From assembly GCF_009914755.1 (NCBI RefSeq), contig NC_060931.1: a stretch of 64,000 nt of DNA. One strand, written 5' to 3'. Positions 44,254 to 59,203 of this stretch are shown in pieces. Source of the stretch: the human T2T-CHM13v2.0 reference genome, Homo sapiens. The notes under the pieces are model-generated. The model did not search any database, was not told where the DNA came from, and saw only the letters and a program-made list of their open reading frames with translations. Numbering within the stretch: the stretch's first letter is position 1; each line of letters starts with the position of its first letter. Position numbers and translations under genes: made by a program.

Positions 44254-45880
44254 TTTGAACACTCAGATAAAAAGTACTTTGTAAGGCTAGGTGATAAATT
44301 ATTAGAATGAAGACCAACAAGCATCAGAAGAAAACTCTTATTTGGCATTTGGTGTTCTGTCCACGGATTCTTAATTCAGGAGCATGATGATACTGGTGCC
44401 TCAGCAAAAGAGGAAAATAGAGGAAGAGCTGACATAGAATCACATTATCCTTGCCACAAAAGATAACATTTCAAACTCTTACACAAACAGCCTCTCCCTC
44501 CTTCCAGAATGATGTTGGAAGAGTGTTGCATTTGCTGCTGGGACTGAGGACTGCAGCCGAAATACACCCAGTCCCCTCCATCAACACCTAAAATGAATAA
44601 GAACTATTCACTGTTCTTGCTGGCTTTGTATTTGCAAAGCTTTACCTTGCATGGAAAAGATCCCATTTAAGCTTTTAAAATAAATTATATGCTAACTGGC
44701 TGCAAATTTAGCTTCAGTTTGTGCTACAAAAATTGGCACCAAAACATTGGACAATAAAAAAATCTTCCCTCGAAAAGTAAGTCGGCTTAGGCAAATTTAG
44801 AAAGACCTAAAATGTTATAGGAAAAAAACATAAAAGATTTCACTTTATAGCTTCTAATAACCAAATCTGCTGTTCTTTCACCTTTTCTTTTTTCCCTCTA
44901 GCATTGGCTGTTTTCATTTTGCATTTATTCAGAGTTTTGTTTTGTTTGTTTTCCCTACTTCACCCACTGGCTTTTGTTCTTTTGGCCATGGAGTCACTTT
45001 CCTTGAATGTGCAAAATGTAGGCAAGGACAGACAGTGAGAAAGACATATTACCTTAGATCAGATAATTTGTGAGCTTTAACCCTAACACTAGTGTATTTT
45101 CTGAGAAGACCACAGGCAGGACAGACACACCTAAGCATATCCAATACAGACACAACTTTCAGGCTCCAAGCTATTCTAACAGAGACTTGATGAACATGGA
45201 ATATGGACTGCATGTATTTTCTATTAAAAACAGAAAGATCATGACTTAAAGAAGCCTATTAAAACTTACCAAAGACAGGCCAGTGCCAAAAAAAAAAAGA
45301 TTGATATAAATTGGCAAAAACAGTATAGCAACTAACCCTAGCCAACTTTTCAAAATGCCTTCCATTACTCAAGGAACAAACTGAAGTGCTGACAGAGGGT
45401 AGAATAAATGTTTACTAATGCACTCATTTATTCAACTAATGTTCACTGAGCACTTCTTTTGTGCTAGGCACCATACTAAGCACTGAGGGGTACAAGAAAA
45501 AGAAAACAGAGTGTTTTTCAGAAACTCAAAACAGGTACCCATTAACATGTAATAGATGTTGGTACAAAGTGCTATGGAGTGTCAGAAAAAGAAGAAAAAT
45601 TCTCCTTAAGGCGAGGCAGGACAGTCACATAGAATAGGTAACCCTCGAACTGAGCCTTTAAGTATGTGTCAGTTTTCTAGGTAAGTAAAGGCAGGGGGTT
45701 TTCAGGCAGAGACGCAAAGAACACGAACAAACCTAAAGGGCTGCGAGTGATCTTAAATGTTCTGCTAAGGAATTTGTGCTTCATCTGAGATGTAATGGCA
45801 AGTTATTTAAAGTTCTTTGGCTAGACAATTATATGTTTTACAAAGATTATTTTAGCAGCAAGGTGAAGGGCAGATGACAG

Positions 45881-46209
45881 CAGTGTTTTCCAAACTTTCC
45901 TAATTATAAGAATTACCTGCAAGTTATAGTAAATATATATATCACTGGGTTCCACTCCAAATCTAGAGAAGTCCAAGAATATCTATTTTTAAGCAGTATC
46001 CCAGGCAATTATTATTATCATAAAATTTCTGGAAACACTGGTTTTGTAGTGTTTGCTGAGTACCAGAATCACCTGTAGAGATTTTAACCAATCAAATGCA
46101 GGCCACCTCTAAATTACTTGAATCAGAACATCTGGGGATAGAAACCGGAAACATTGTTGATTTTAATCTTCTAAGGTGGTTCCAATGCATCCGAGGTTGG
46201 TAATCATTG
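45881..46209. mobile_element. Two adjacent MER5-family hAT MITEs
   Basis: First has TIRs cagtgttttcca...tggaaacactg. Second has the cagaatcacctg...ttgaatcagaacatctgggg MER5A motif. Confidence 0.7.
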
Positions 46210-46253
46210 GTTTGGAGAGAGGCAAGACAGAAAAAAGACTATTTAGAAGCTGT

Positions 46254-46695
46254 TGTAGAGGATATTTGGGTGAAACAACAGAATTCAACTAGCTCAAGTA
46301 AAGGAGTACTCGTGCTACAAAAGGCAATATCATGAACATAGGAAACACAGTAACGCTGTACGAAGCCTCACAGGAACTGGGGCTAAGAAGCCACTAAAAA
46401 CCAAGAATCCTCTTCTCTCTCTCAGTGGCTGTATAATTCACTTCTTTGATTCTTCCTGTCTCTTATCCTGAACCAGCTTTCTTTTCTTGCATGCTGTCAT
46501 CTCCAGGGCCATGTTGCCTTGTCAATTCTCATGTCAGCGGGCAAAGACTGGATTGGTTGGGCTGATTTCCTTAGTTTGCCACTGATCTCATCAGTTATAG
46601 CCAGAGTGTCTCACATTCACTTTGCAGGAGCTCTGGGCAAAGATTTTCTGAGAAGACCACAGGCAGGATAGACACACCTAAGCATATCCAATACA
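46254..46695 (-). mobile_element. Old MaLR LTR (MLT1L/N/O-like)
   Basis: tgtag...gaaacaacagaattcaactagctcaagtaaagg start, gattggttggg core, ...atatccaataca end. Confidence 0.5.
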
Positions 46696-46991
46696 GACAC
46701 AACAGTTCAAGCAAAAAATGCTTAAGAAGACTTGAGTAGGCTAGTGGTAGAAGAGACTAAAGGTCCCAGATGCTTTTCAGAGGTGGAACTCACAGAACAT
46801 GATGACTAATTGAATATGAGGGTGTGGAAGAGAAAAAGTCACCGCAGAAGAATAAATATATTTTCATTTACTGCAGATGCTACATTATAATACAAACACC
46901 ACTAAGTGACTATCCATTTTACTAGTCAGTAGAGGATATATATTTGGTTTTGAACTCCACACTTACATATATATAGAAGCCTAAAGGTCAG

Positions 46992-47322
<331 letters not shown>

Positions 47323-47899
47323 TCAAAGGCAGGCCAAAAATTAATCGGGAAATTTAGACAAATGGAGATATTTACATAGAGAGTTCTATACATACCCAAG
47401 ATTGTTATGAAACCAACTGAGAGACCTATTATCTCTTGCTGACACCAGGGACTTTTTCACATCTGTGCCTTTGATTCCCCTTCCTGAAATGACCTCTCCC
47501 TTCTTTCTCTATCTATACTTTATCTATTTTATCTGTAACTGATAACATTATGCATATGAATCTACCCCATCTCTAATACAGTTTAAATCTAAGGCATATA
47601 GCTATTACAACAGCAGCAGCAGAAATAAAGGTACTAATATAAGGTTCTTATATTAGTGTTAAAGGATTTAGCTTTTTTAATTCTCACAATAACTTAGAAA
47701 GTGAAGTCTGGAAAATCTAAAGAATTCACTAAAGGTCAGAAAACTAATAAGTGCAGTTTCTGGATGAAGACCCAACGCAACTGGTGCTACACAATTAACA
47801 CTGTATTGTATCTTATTCTCTAATCAGCTGGAAACCAAAATTTAGTTATTGATTATATTAGTAGAGAGCATTGTTACTGTTTTGCTTTCTACTCTCGTG

Positions 47900-48125
47900 T
47901 GAACCTGCAAAAGGCTCAGTTTTAGGAACTGGACTCTGTCTCTGGGTTTAAAGCCTTTCTCTGTCATTTGTGGGCTGTGTGACCAAAGGCAAGTCATCCA
48001 AACTCTCTGTACCTCAGTTTCCACACCTATCTTGTAGATTCACCATGAGGATCAAATGAAATTTTATGTTTAGCATTTAGTACAATGCCTAGAACTATTA
48101 TGTTCTCATTAAGTGTTAATTATTA
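47900..48125 (+). mobile_element. MIR
   Basis: gctgtgtgaccaaaggcaagtcatccaaactctctgtacctcagtttcc core. Confidence 0.75.
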
Positions 48126-49379
48126 TTTTATTACCACTATTGTTGTCATTAGCAAGTAAGAAGCAAAATTTCTATGTATCCCTCAATGACACTTTCCTTG
48201 TCCAGATAAAGGAGTGTTTACATAGCTTTCAGGTAGTTTATGTAGCTTTCATTCATTCTAGTTTTACAGAGCTCCTGTTGATTTGATCAAATTAGGAAGC
48301 TACACTTACTACTATTTAACTAATCATAAACTACATGTATTTCTTTATAATTGATCCATAGTAGATGGTCTCTTGAGACATTTATGATCTCCTTTTGGCA
48401 GGCAGAAAGTAGAAATTGCATAATTTCTAACAGCACTTGCATTTTAGCAATAAGCTAATTATTCATTTTTCTTAAAAAACAATTATATCTGCTTTACCTA
48501 TAAACAAGTCTTTTTTCCAATTAATTATTTTCAATATTTCCATGGAACATTTCTGCACATTCTGAGATAATTCTACTGGCAAACAAAACTTCTTTTAAAT
48601 ATGCATCACACTTGTCAGTTAAGTGCATGTTTAGTGTAGATAGGGTATTGTGCTCATGTAAAATCAAAACCAAATAAATACTACATCTTATCTGACAGTG
48701 GGAAAAATTCCGCATGGGAATTATGATGGTCGCATTTTTGCAAACTATAGGCAAGCATAACCTTGAGAAAATTATCTTCTTTTTTCAATGAAATAAGTTG
48801 TTGATCCTAACAGGTAAAGATTCTACTCTTGATGGTTTTGTGAGCGTAAACTAAATGATTGATATATGATTGAATATTGAGTGTGTGTATAGATTACTTT
48901 TGGGCTGGCAGCTATGGTGTTTGCAGAGCCTGGATCTATGGGAACTTTCTCACCCTGTCTCATAGGCTACTCACCTCTTTTTGACTGTTTAGGTCAAATT
49001 AATACATTTTCAGTCACTGTCAAAAGTGTACTGCTCTACTTGAAGATAGTTATATGTGGGTGCATGTATAAATATGATAGGAAATAGTTAAAGTTTGATT
49101 ACCCCATTCTAAGAGAAGAAAAGCAAAAAGGAGAAAAATTATGCTTTGGGTTTTTCTCTAGTCTTAACTAACCAGCCAAAGTATATGTTTTAAGAAAAGC
49201 TTTTAAATACAGCACAGTGTCAAAGAGGCAGAGCTTCAGCGACCTTGACTTCACTATTTCCTAGCTGTGTGGTACCACATAAATTACTCATTTGTAAAAC
49301 AGTCCTCATATCAGTTGTATAGTTATCAGGCATTAAATAACATAATGCATGTAAGGAGCTTAGCACAGTGCCTGGTACA

Positions 49380-49537
49380 CCATCACCATCATCACCACTA
49401 CCACCACCATTATCACTGTCACCATCAATATCATCATCACCACCATCGTCATCATAACTACTACCATCACCACCACTATCATTATCTTCACTACTATCAC
49501 TATCACCATCATCATCTTTCTCCTACTCATCATCATA
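49380..49537. repeat. Degenerate (CAT/CAC/TAT)n trinucleotide tract inside a MIR
   Basis: catcaccatcatcaccactaccaccac... follows the MIR 3' motif ttagcacagtgcctggtaca. Confidence 0.93.
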
Positions 49538-50799
49538 GCCAAAGCTTGTCATGTACCAGACACTGTTCTAAATAAGTACAAAGTAAGTGCTAGCTTTCAC
49601 CATTATTATTACAATATTTTCTTTTACTGGCTTCAAGTTATGAAATTGCATATTTTGAGCCAATTACCTTGATATAAAACACACTATCATATTATAATGG
49701 GCCGAGTGAAAGTAAAGGCATCCACTTAAATACCTTCCAGTACATAAAGTAAAATGGAACATGAAATGCTTTCTCCTTAATTAGTCTTTCTTCACCATAA
49801 ACAAGTCTCAGGATCAGTTGTTGCACACAGAAGGACCGCTCTAGATGATTTCTAAGTCCTCTGAAGGTAATTCATCATATATTAACAATCCACATGAGAA
49901 TATGCTTCATATGACTGAAAGGACCAAAGCACAAGTAGAAGGGCTGTCTGTACCCAGCGATCATGAATAAATTCCTTTCTTGAGCTGCTCTTTATGGATT
50001 TGCATTTCTGATCTCATAATGAATCATCCCAGTTTTGATTTCTGCAAGCCAGGCTGAATTGTGATCTTTTATTTTCACCAGAGGATCATGCTTTTCCATA
50101 ATCCTTCATCTACATTACCTTGTGAACCCAAGCACATGGGCATAATGGGGCAAATAGAGAGTCTCCTGCTTAATGAGACAACGTTTGCCAGAGCTGAACC
50201 TGGACAAAATTTTGAAGTGAATGCAGTTTATTGTCCATACCTTCCACCTTCTTTTCTCCACACTTTAATCCACTCAGTGTCACTTTCCCCATTCCCTTAG
50301 AGTCCTTCCTGCTTTTGATTCTCACCTTATAACATGATCAAAATTCAGTAGAATAAACCGTGCAAATTAGTATGTGTTATCTAAAGTAGGGCTACTTTTT
50401 GTCTTGGTGACTGGATGGTTTGTATAATCTTAAAAGTTAAAAACATTCCTTAGAAGTAGAAACTAAAAATAATTTATAGAACATCTAAACTATGGCCTAA
50501 AATGTCTATTTAAAGGGACTGAATTAACCAAGCATATTCCCCATAAAGTCCAATTTCAAATTAGAGTAAAGGAAAATGAAGAGCATGGAAGCTATATACT
50601 CTGACTTGAGTAACCTAGCACTGGAAAAAGAAACACTGGACAGACACCTTAGTTTTGAATCAAATTCTACCACAAACTGTGTGACTTTGGGCAAGATAAC
50701 TTAATGGCCTTAAATCTTAATTTCCTCACCTGTAAAATAGAAAATACAATATCTAATCTCTCAGGTATATTGTGAAAAATACATATAATTATAAAATAA

Positions 50800-51158
<359 letters not shown>

Positions 51159-52074
51159 TTCAGCCTTTCAAAGTAGTCATTCACCCACCAAACAGCAACT
51201 TTTTTTTTCCCCCAGGCTTGATCATTGTCCATGTGTCACCTGATCTGCCCACATCTCCTTAGTTCACCTGACATTTGCCTGAATGGCTTTCACTATTTAA
51301 GTAAGATGTGCTCTTGCAGAAGATCTAAATTTTAGTCAAGTGAATTACTTTCCTGAAGGCACCTGAGCAACTTAATAGAACCAAAATCAAATTCAACTGG
51401 ATTAAGAAGAAGGGAAAGATGAAGAGAGAATAGAAAAGACGGAAGAAAGAGAAGAAATAGTTACCTGGTCTACCTAGAGACCAGAAGTTGGTACCACAGA
51501 ATAGTTGAGAAAGTTTTGACTGAATCACTCTGTTAGGATTAAGGAGACTTACCCTGGATAACTTATTTAATGTCAATGACCTTCTCTTCGAAACACAGAT
51601 ATTGAACTTTTTCAGGAACTCATCAGGCTCATAGATTTTGGTTGTAGGAGATTAAGAAGTTAAACATTTCTTGAGCTTTCAACATCAAACCGTATTAGTC
51701 CATGATACTGGGAAGTGAGCTCCCATTACCTCAACCTGACTCTATGACAGACTCTGCTATGTGCAACATCCCTTTCAATCCCCATGGTGATGGTGCTATA
51801 CCCATTTTAGAGAGGAAGAATTTTTGGGTCAGAAAGCTTAGGTGACTTTCTCAAGGTCAAAGAGCCAAAGGGACAGAACAGGGATTAACACCTTTCAATA
51901 CAAAGCCCCCAGGTACTTTTTACTGCACTATGCTGCCACCCTCTGGGACAGAAATTAGAAAGAAAGATATTAAGAAATCAAACCCTTAATTAAATGACTC
52001 TGCAAAACCATTGCAGATAAATGTGAACAGTCCGCAACAGTCATGGAAACTTGAGAAAAGAATGCGTGTTATGA

Positions 52075-52282
52075 CAATGTGTACTGCTTAATGTTTAAAA
52101 ACTGGCTCTATGAAAAACAAGCAAACACATTGATTTGTATCCCTTGCTCATTTTTGTAGAGTAAATATGCCCATTACGGCAAATTTCAAGCTATCAAGTT
52201 AAAGCCACTGAACTGGATTTGGGAAAAGATATGCACAAATGTCTCTTTCAAGACAGTGCTAGCCACCTCCAGCACCCCACTC
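52075..52282 (-). mobile_element. MER63A-like hAT element
   Basis: aaatttcaagctatcaag...cactgaac...ttgggaaaagatatgcacaa...ctccagcaccccact follows the reverse of the recalled MER63A consensus. Confidence 0.75.
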
Positions 52283-53049
52283 TATGTGTAGATTTGTGTG
52301 TGTTCATGTGTGTTTGTACCTGAATTTATAATGCCACTTTCTGTAAATATATTAAAAAGCAAAATATCAGTTGAAACATTTTCCTCATTAGTAACAGTAA
52401 CTATGAGTATCAGGAGTTTCAATTATGCCCTAATCAGTACTCCCACTTGTTTTCAAATTAGGCAGATTACTAGTATTTCTCTTTCAGTTCCGTAATATAA
52501 CTCTCAATAATCCCAGCAAATAAAAGAAAACAAAACCCCATGCTCCCGATCTTCACCTCATTTTCTACCACATACTGGATGGTTCTTATGTAACTTTTGA
52601 ATGAATACTTTTCAAGATTTCCTATGAGATGTGTGAGGCTTTCAAAGAACCCAAGGCGGGGCTCCTCCAGTAAAACCAACAGGTGTTAATTGTAGTATTT
52701 GTCAGTTCTGTTTCAGTACCGGGCCATTAGGGAAACCTGAACAGAAAGGGAAAGTAAACTTTCCTATGGCCCGGCCTTTCTTATTCCTCACCTTCTAAAA
52801 GTGACATAACTGCTGGAATTCCTCTAGAATAAAAGTAAGATGACTGAAAAGTTGTAGGAAAATTGCATGCATAATTTACATTACTTGCACCTTGAGCAAG
52901 CAATGGAGTTGTCATTTGTGTAGATGGCCTCACAAATGATATTCAGATAGATTGTTTGGGGAATGACTTCTGATTACTGAAACAATTTACTTCATCTTAT
53001 TCATTTCTTCTGATTGTGAGATACTGTGGTAAGAATACAGCAGAGGGAT

Positions 53050-53546
<497 letters not shown>

Positions 53547-56182
53547 TCAAGATTTATGATAAAGGGGAGAAAAAGAAATACCCTACATATTCAATTGTCA
53601 CCTATAGGACAATATATTTCTATGGGAAAGAAATAGCTTACATAGTAAAAAATTATATTAGAAATTTTAAATGAGAAATAATGCTTTTATAATAGAAGAA
53701 ATAATGCTTTAGGACAAAATTAAAGTAAAGAATGTTAACATCAGAAAAAACATCCTAACTATTAGCGAGGTAGGCACCGGAAGAGGTCACTGTAAGAAAT
53801 TGGGTATTAAAGACATTGCTGAATTTTTGCTTTGAAATCTTTAAGAACAAAATGTAAATATCTTCCTTCAATTGTTATATTTCTTAACCCCTTGGAAGTT
53901 CCTACGTAATTCTTTAAAATTCTACATGTTTTAGGCAACTTCATAAATGATGAAATAGTGAAAGTAAAATTAAAATCAGTGTAGTTCAGATTTTTCAAAA
54001 TTCAAAACAATTTCTAAATATTAGAAGTTACCTTAAGAAAAAAGGTTCATTTCTAATGAGGTGAAAAAGTAGCACAAAATGGAGTCAGAGATGAGCTTCC
54101 TCCAACTCAGGAGAACGTCGGCAATTAAGCGATAACTTGAAACACGTCAGCTGGAGTTGGAGGAGTGAAGAGGAAAGATTCACCATAAATCCATTAGGTA
54201 GAACAAACAGGTCTTAGTAAACAAGTGGATGCAAAGTCATGGGCAAGGGCGATTTGAGGCGGACTGGCTTCTAGCCTCGTCTTTCCATTCTTCGCTGTTC
54301 TAACTTCTTTTTGCCTACCCACAGTAGGCCGAGAGTCAGTGCGGGGCAGGTGAGTCCTTTGATAAAGGAGTGGGGAAGAAATGAGTTGGATGTTAAACAT
54401 TTTGAGTGTGGAATCCTTGACAGAAACTGAGTTGGAGAGGTTCAGAGCTGGGAATGCAGATTTAGGGATCCCCTAGGGCATAACTGAACCCTCTAGCTGA
54501 AGTGGGTTTAATGGGTGATAACAGCCAGGAAGGGCCTAGGTGCAAAGAAAGAAGAGAGGGAACATCAATAGTTGAGAAGTGAGAAAAGATTTGAAGCCAT
54601 TAAATGACACTGAGAAAGACTGTCAGAAATAAAGAAAAATAGGGGATGGTGACTGTGTCACATACAGACTGCCTGTGGGCCAAGCAGATATGGCCTGGGC
54701 AAAGCTGACAAACGTGGTGCCGAACAGCTTTTTTGTAAACTTTGACAGTACTAAGCAGATCCCTCTGATGAGAGACTGTAAGGAAAAAAGGCAAAAACAC
54801 ATATACTTCAGTGCTTCTAAACCTTGTGCATCTCTCAGACTTCTTTTGGGAACTTTAAGAATACATATTATTAGACTCCATCTCTGGAGATTTTGATTTG
54901 GTAAATGAGATTCCTTATCTCATGTCATTTCTTCAATTTTGACAATACTTGAAAATGATTCTTACCTTTTTTTTTTTTTTTTTTTTTTTTTTACATTTTG
55001 TATTATCTTCCAACTAGTCTGCAAACATCTTGATGGCAAAGACTGATTCCTCTCCATTTATATTCCCCACAGCACGTAGCAGAGTGCCCAAGAAAAATAT
55101 TAGGTGCTCAGTAATATTCACTAATATGTGGGAGTTAACTGATCATGCTATCGCTCTTCAAGATAAAATCCTCAAGGTTGATCAGTAAGAATTTTGAATG
55201 TAGAGATTTAGACACATACTTGAATAAAGATTTCAGTATCTTTTACTAACAAAACAAACAACTTTTAATGCTAAAATAAAATCTGAAATGACCAGTCGGA
55301 GAAAAAGGACTGTTTTCCTGACATAAAGCCATGTCAGCGTTATTTTTGGAGGATGTTGATTTAACCTGGAGATGGTTAAATGTGTCAGTCTGAAGGTGTA
55401 TGTGTGTTCGTATGATGAGAAAAAAGAAACATAATTATAGATGTCTCTTGATAGCCTATTCATTTACTATGCTATTTTGGAAACAGTATGTTTTTAAATT
55501 GGTTTCTAGTGTTTTTGGATGGGAGTTCCGCTGTACAGGAACCTGGAGCTTTGCCCCCTGTAGATTTTCTCCATTGGAAATCAATAAAGTGTAATTGAAT
55601 TACAGTGGGTGAATCCACAAGGTGTCAATTTCTGGCTCTCAGGTTGAGGAACTCTCCTTCCTCAAGCAACCACATCCACCAGTGCTGAGTTCCTGACCCC
55701 AGTTTGTAGACAGCAGTGCTGTACTGACGAACACCTGTGTACATTGTTAAATAGCAAAATAACTACTGTAGTGAAATCACGTTTAATTTTAGGAATTGAA
55801 GAAAAACTCACCATATTTCTATTTTAGCACACAGGATGTGGCCTACTTCTTTAAAATGTCAAGCTTAGAGACACACATATTTTATTTAAAGAATACGGAA
55901 ACACCCGTTTTCTTCTTTGACTGAGTCTGGGATATAGCCCTTTTTTAATCAGGAAAAAAAGAAGTTGACATGTTTTTGGAATGGTCATACTAATTGCGTT
56001 GACATAGTGTATCAGGGAGCTTTCAAAGATGTTATCTCATCTGATCATTATAACCATCCAATTAGGTAGATCAAGCAAGTCTGATCATTCCAGTATTTCA
56101 GATAAAACTGAAGCTCAGAAAAGTTCAGATCAAGTGTAAACCATGTCAAATGTTTTAGGTTTTTTTTTTTTTTTCTTACTAA

Positions 56183-56872
56183 TGTTGGGGCTCAGGAAAC
56201 AATATCCCAAAGTATGGCATGTTGGCATGCTGAGTACTTTGGAATAAAGGATCTCAGAAGACCTCGGAAGCAGCCTCAGAACCAGGGCCTCTCTGACCTT
56301 CTCTTCCCCTCCTGTCTCTTGCTCCTCATTCTCTCCAGAAGTAAGTCATAGAAATCAGAATTTCTCTTCCTCCAAGCAGGTCATAGAAACCAGAACCCCT
56401 ATTAGCCAAAGCTAGTCATAAAAACTAGTTATCACTCTAACTTTCCCCACCTTTCTGTCTAGGGGTTGGCCATAAAGACATTTCTCTGACTTAACCTCTT
56501 CCGATAGTAGGTCATAAGACCCTGATTCCGAAGGGTGCTGCCCTATACCCAGGAGGAAGAAATGCTATAACAGAGGCCAAAAAAAATCTGGACAGGCTTT
56601 GCTGGGTTTCTCCACTCAGTCTATTAGCGTTAGATCATACTCTTTTTGTCCAATCACATTTCTACATGGATGTCTATTCTTCATGAAGACTAAGCATAAA
56701 AATGGATAGTTTTCTCTGTATATTTGGGTCTTTCTGATGGCTGCTGTGTCAAGTAAAGCTTTGAATAAATAAATCTGTTATGCTTTTCTCTTGTTAACCT
56801 GTCTTTTGTTACAGGAGTGTTGGCTGTGACCCTAAGAAGGTTGAGGAAAGGTATAATCTTTCCATCTCTACA
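56183..56872 (+). mobile_element. ERV1 solo LTR (MER39-like)
   Basis: tgttggggctcaggaaacaatatcccaaagtatggc...ggcatgctgagtacttt start, aataaa near the 3' end, ends ...ctctaca (TG...CA). Confidence 0.85.
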
Positions 56873-58079
56873 CCCTTAAATAATGCAATAGCTTAGAACT
56901 ATTTTTTTGCATCATTCTAAAGGTTCTTGTTAGGCGTGCATGGTGCCTGGCTAAGATTAACAGGCCTTTCTTCATGCGTATATGTGAAGTTATTAGGGGA
57001 TAAATGTTTATATTACCCTGTCCTTATAACTATATGTTCACTAAACAAAATGAACAAAATTCAAACGAAACAATAAAGTTATCACCCTAGAGCTTTGTTA
57101 TAACATAATTTGAAGCTATCATTTAACTTCAAAAACCCAAACAAAATGAAACTAATTAAATATTTTAAAATGGGAGAAAAATCTACATCCAAGGAATGCT
57201 TTTAATTTTGTTCTGCTTCAAGTCAGTTTGTTTAAAAGTCAATTAGATTTATGCAAGCCAGGATTTGCAAACAAAATGGAGATTGGATCATTTTATTTTA
57301 GAAACCATTTTTATTGGTTTTTACAGCCCAATAGTACAAAACTGTGTAAGTATTCTATTTTAATTTTTACAAATTTAGGAAAGTATTGAATTGAAAAGCT
57401 GTTAAAAGCTTTGTAAAATGAATTGTCAATTTTGCCATCATGTCAGAGGTACTGCCTTTGATGCCACTCACTTTTCTGCTCTGGGGATATGTGTAACATT
57501 TTTTTTATTTTGGAACTCTGTTATTTGTTTCCTTTTTTGGGATTTAAAACTATGTCATTTACTCACATAATTGCTTCTCTCACGGTTATATCTTTACTCC
57601 TTGCTTTTGAGAAAGCCATACTATTTATTTTTCCTCTTTCCTGTATTCTAGGTGTATCATCTAACTTATTTGAGCTAAGTGTCCTTATCTATAAAGTGAA
57701 AAGTTGGACAAGATATTCTTTATGATCTCTTTTGATTTTAAAATGTTATGCAATTTTAGAGAAAAGCTGAAGGGTCACCCAATATGGTGTGACACCAAAA
57801 GACAAATATGAGGACAGTCACTTTTTCACTCTCCGCAAACTCTGCCTGGACACTTCCTTGGTGAGACTTCATACACTAGACAAGAACACACTATGAATGT
57901 GAGACAGAGGGAGACAGAGGAATGAAGGAGAGAGATAGTGAAGCAGGCTGGGAGAGAAACAGAGAGGAGGTGTCTACTGGACATTTATGGATTGCATGTG
58001 TATTAGAGGTGGTAATCAACCAGGATTATCACCCCCCACAACCCCTGATAGATTCTTCCCTCTCTGTTAAAAGGAGCTC

Positions 58080-58898
58080 CATGTTTCTAGTGCTCAGAAA
58101 AAAAAAACAAAAAAACCTTAGTATCATCCTTGCCTCCTCTCTGTCTCTCACTCCTCGCAGCAAATCCTGCCAGCTGTACCTTCAAAATAGATCAGCATCT
58201 AACCCCTTTTCACTACTCCCACACCCAGCAGGCGGGTCCAAGCTACTCTCATGTGTAATATGGATTATAGCAGTACCCTAACTGTTCTCCTTGCTTCTGC
58301 CCTTCTTAGCTAGACTAGTGAATCTGTTAAAACCTAAGTCCAATCCTATGGGTCCTTTTTAATCCCAAAGAGTTCCTATTTCATTCAAAATATAAGCCAA
58401 TGTCATAAAAGTGACATATGAGGCCTTTCAACATTTGCTGGCCACTTCTAAGCCCCCACCTCTCTGAACTAGTACCTTTTCTCTTGTTCACTGGACTCTG
58501 GCCACAAGGGCTTCCTGACAGCCCTTCTAAAACAGCAAGCAGAGCCCACTATAGGGCCTTTGTGTTTGACGGCCCTCTGCCTAGAACGGTCTTCTCTTAG
58601 GTATCTCTATGGCTACCTTCCTTGTTCTTTACCTTCTCCCTCCTCTCCTGACACACATACACTTTCTAGTTCTCAGGAAGCTGCTTTATTTTTCTTTGGT
58701 GCTTATCAGTATCTGACATACTGCTTACTACTACGTATTTCAATTATTCATCTTTTTGGTTGTGTGCCACCCCACTAGAATGGAAGCCTAATGAGGCAGA
58801 GATTTGAGTTGCTTCCGCTCACTTCTGTATCTTTGGTGCCTAAAACAGTGCCTGGTACATAATCTGCCCCCAATAAGTATTGGTTGAAATGAATTGAA
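58080..58898 (+). mobile_element. L2
   Basis: agcaaatcctgccagctgtaccttcaaaata; 3' end aacagtgcctggtacata...caataagtattggttgaaatgaa. Confidence 0.8.
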
Positions 58899-58901
58899 TT
58901 G

Positions 58902-59203
58902 TTTCTTTCTTTCCTTTTTTTGTTTTTAGACAGAGTCTCTCTCTATTGCCAAGCTGGAGTGTAGTGGCGCGATCTCGGCTCACTGCAACCTCCGACTCTG
59001 GTTTAAGCGATTTTCCTGCCTCAGCCTCCCGAGTAGCTGGGATTACAGGTGTGCACCACCAGGCCCAGCTAATTTTTATATTTTTAGTAGAGAGGGGGTT
59101 TCACCATGTTGGCCAGGCTGGTCTCGATCTCCTGACCTCATGATCTGCCCGCCTTGGCCTCCCAAAGTGCTGGGATTACAGGCGTGAGCCATTGTGCCTG
59201 GCC
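58902..59203 (-). mobile_element. AluS (Sc-like)
   Basis: Reverse Alu with ctctattgccaagctgg and ggtctcgatctcctgacctcatgatc. Confidence 0.9.

Larger units (their letters stand above)
45096..46703. repeat. 61-bp dispersed direct repeat (45096-45156; 46643-46703), 1 mismatch
   Basis: attttctgagaagaccacaggcagga(c/t)agacacacctaagcatatccaatacagacacaac occurs twice, 1547 bp apart. Confidence 0.95.

Noticed and set aside
49267-49575. 102-aa His-rich ORF
   Set aside because: It is the translation of the (CAT)n simple repeat within a MIR, starts at GTG, and has no exon context.
54967-54992. Isolated T26 run as an orphan retro-insertion tail
   Set aside because: No element body or clear TSD; treated as a mononucleotide repeat.
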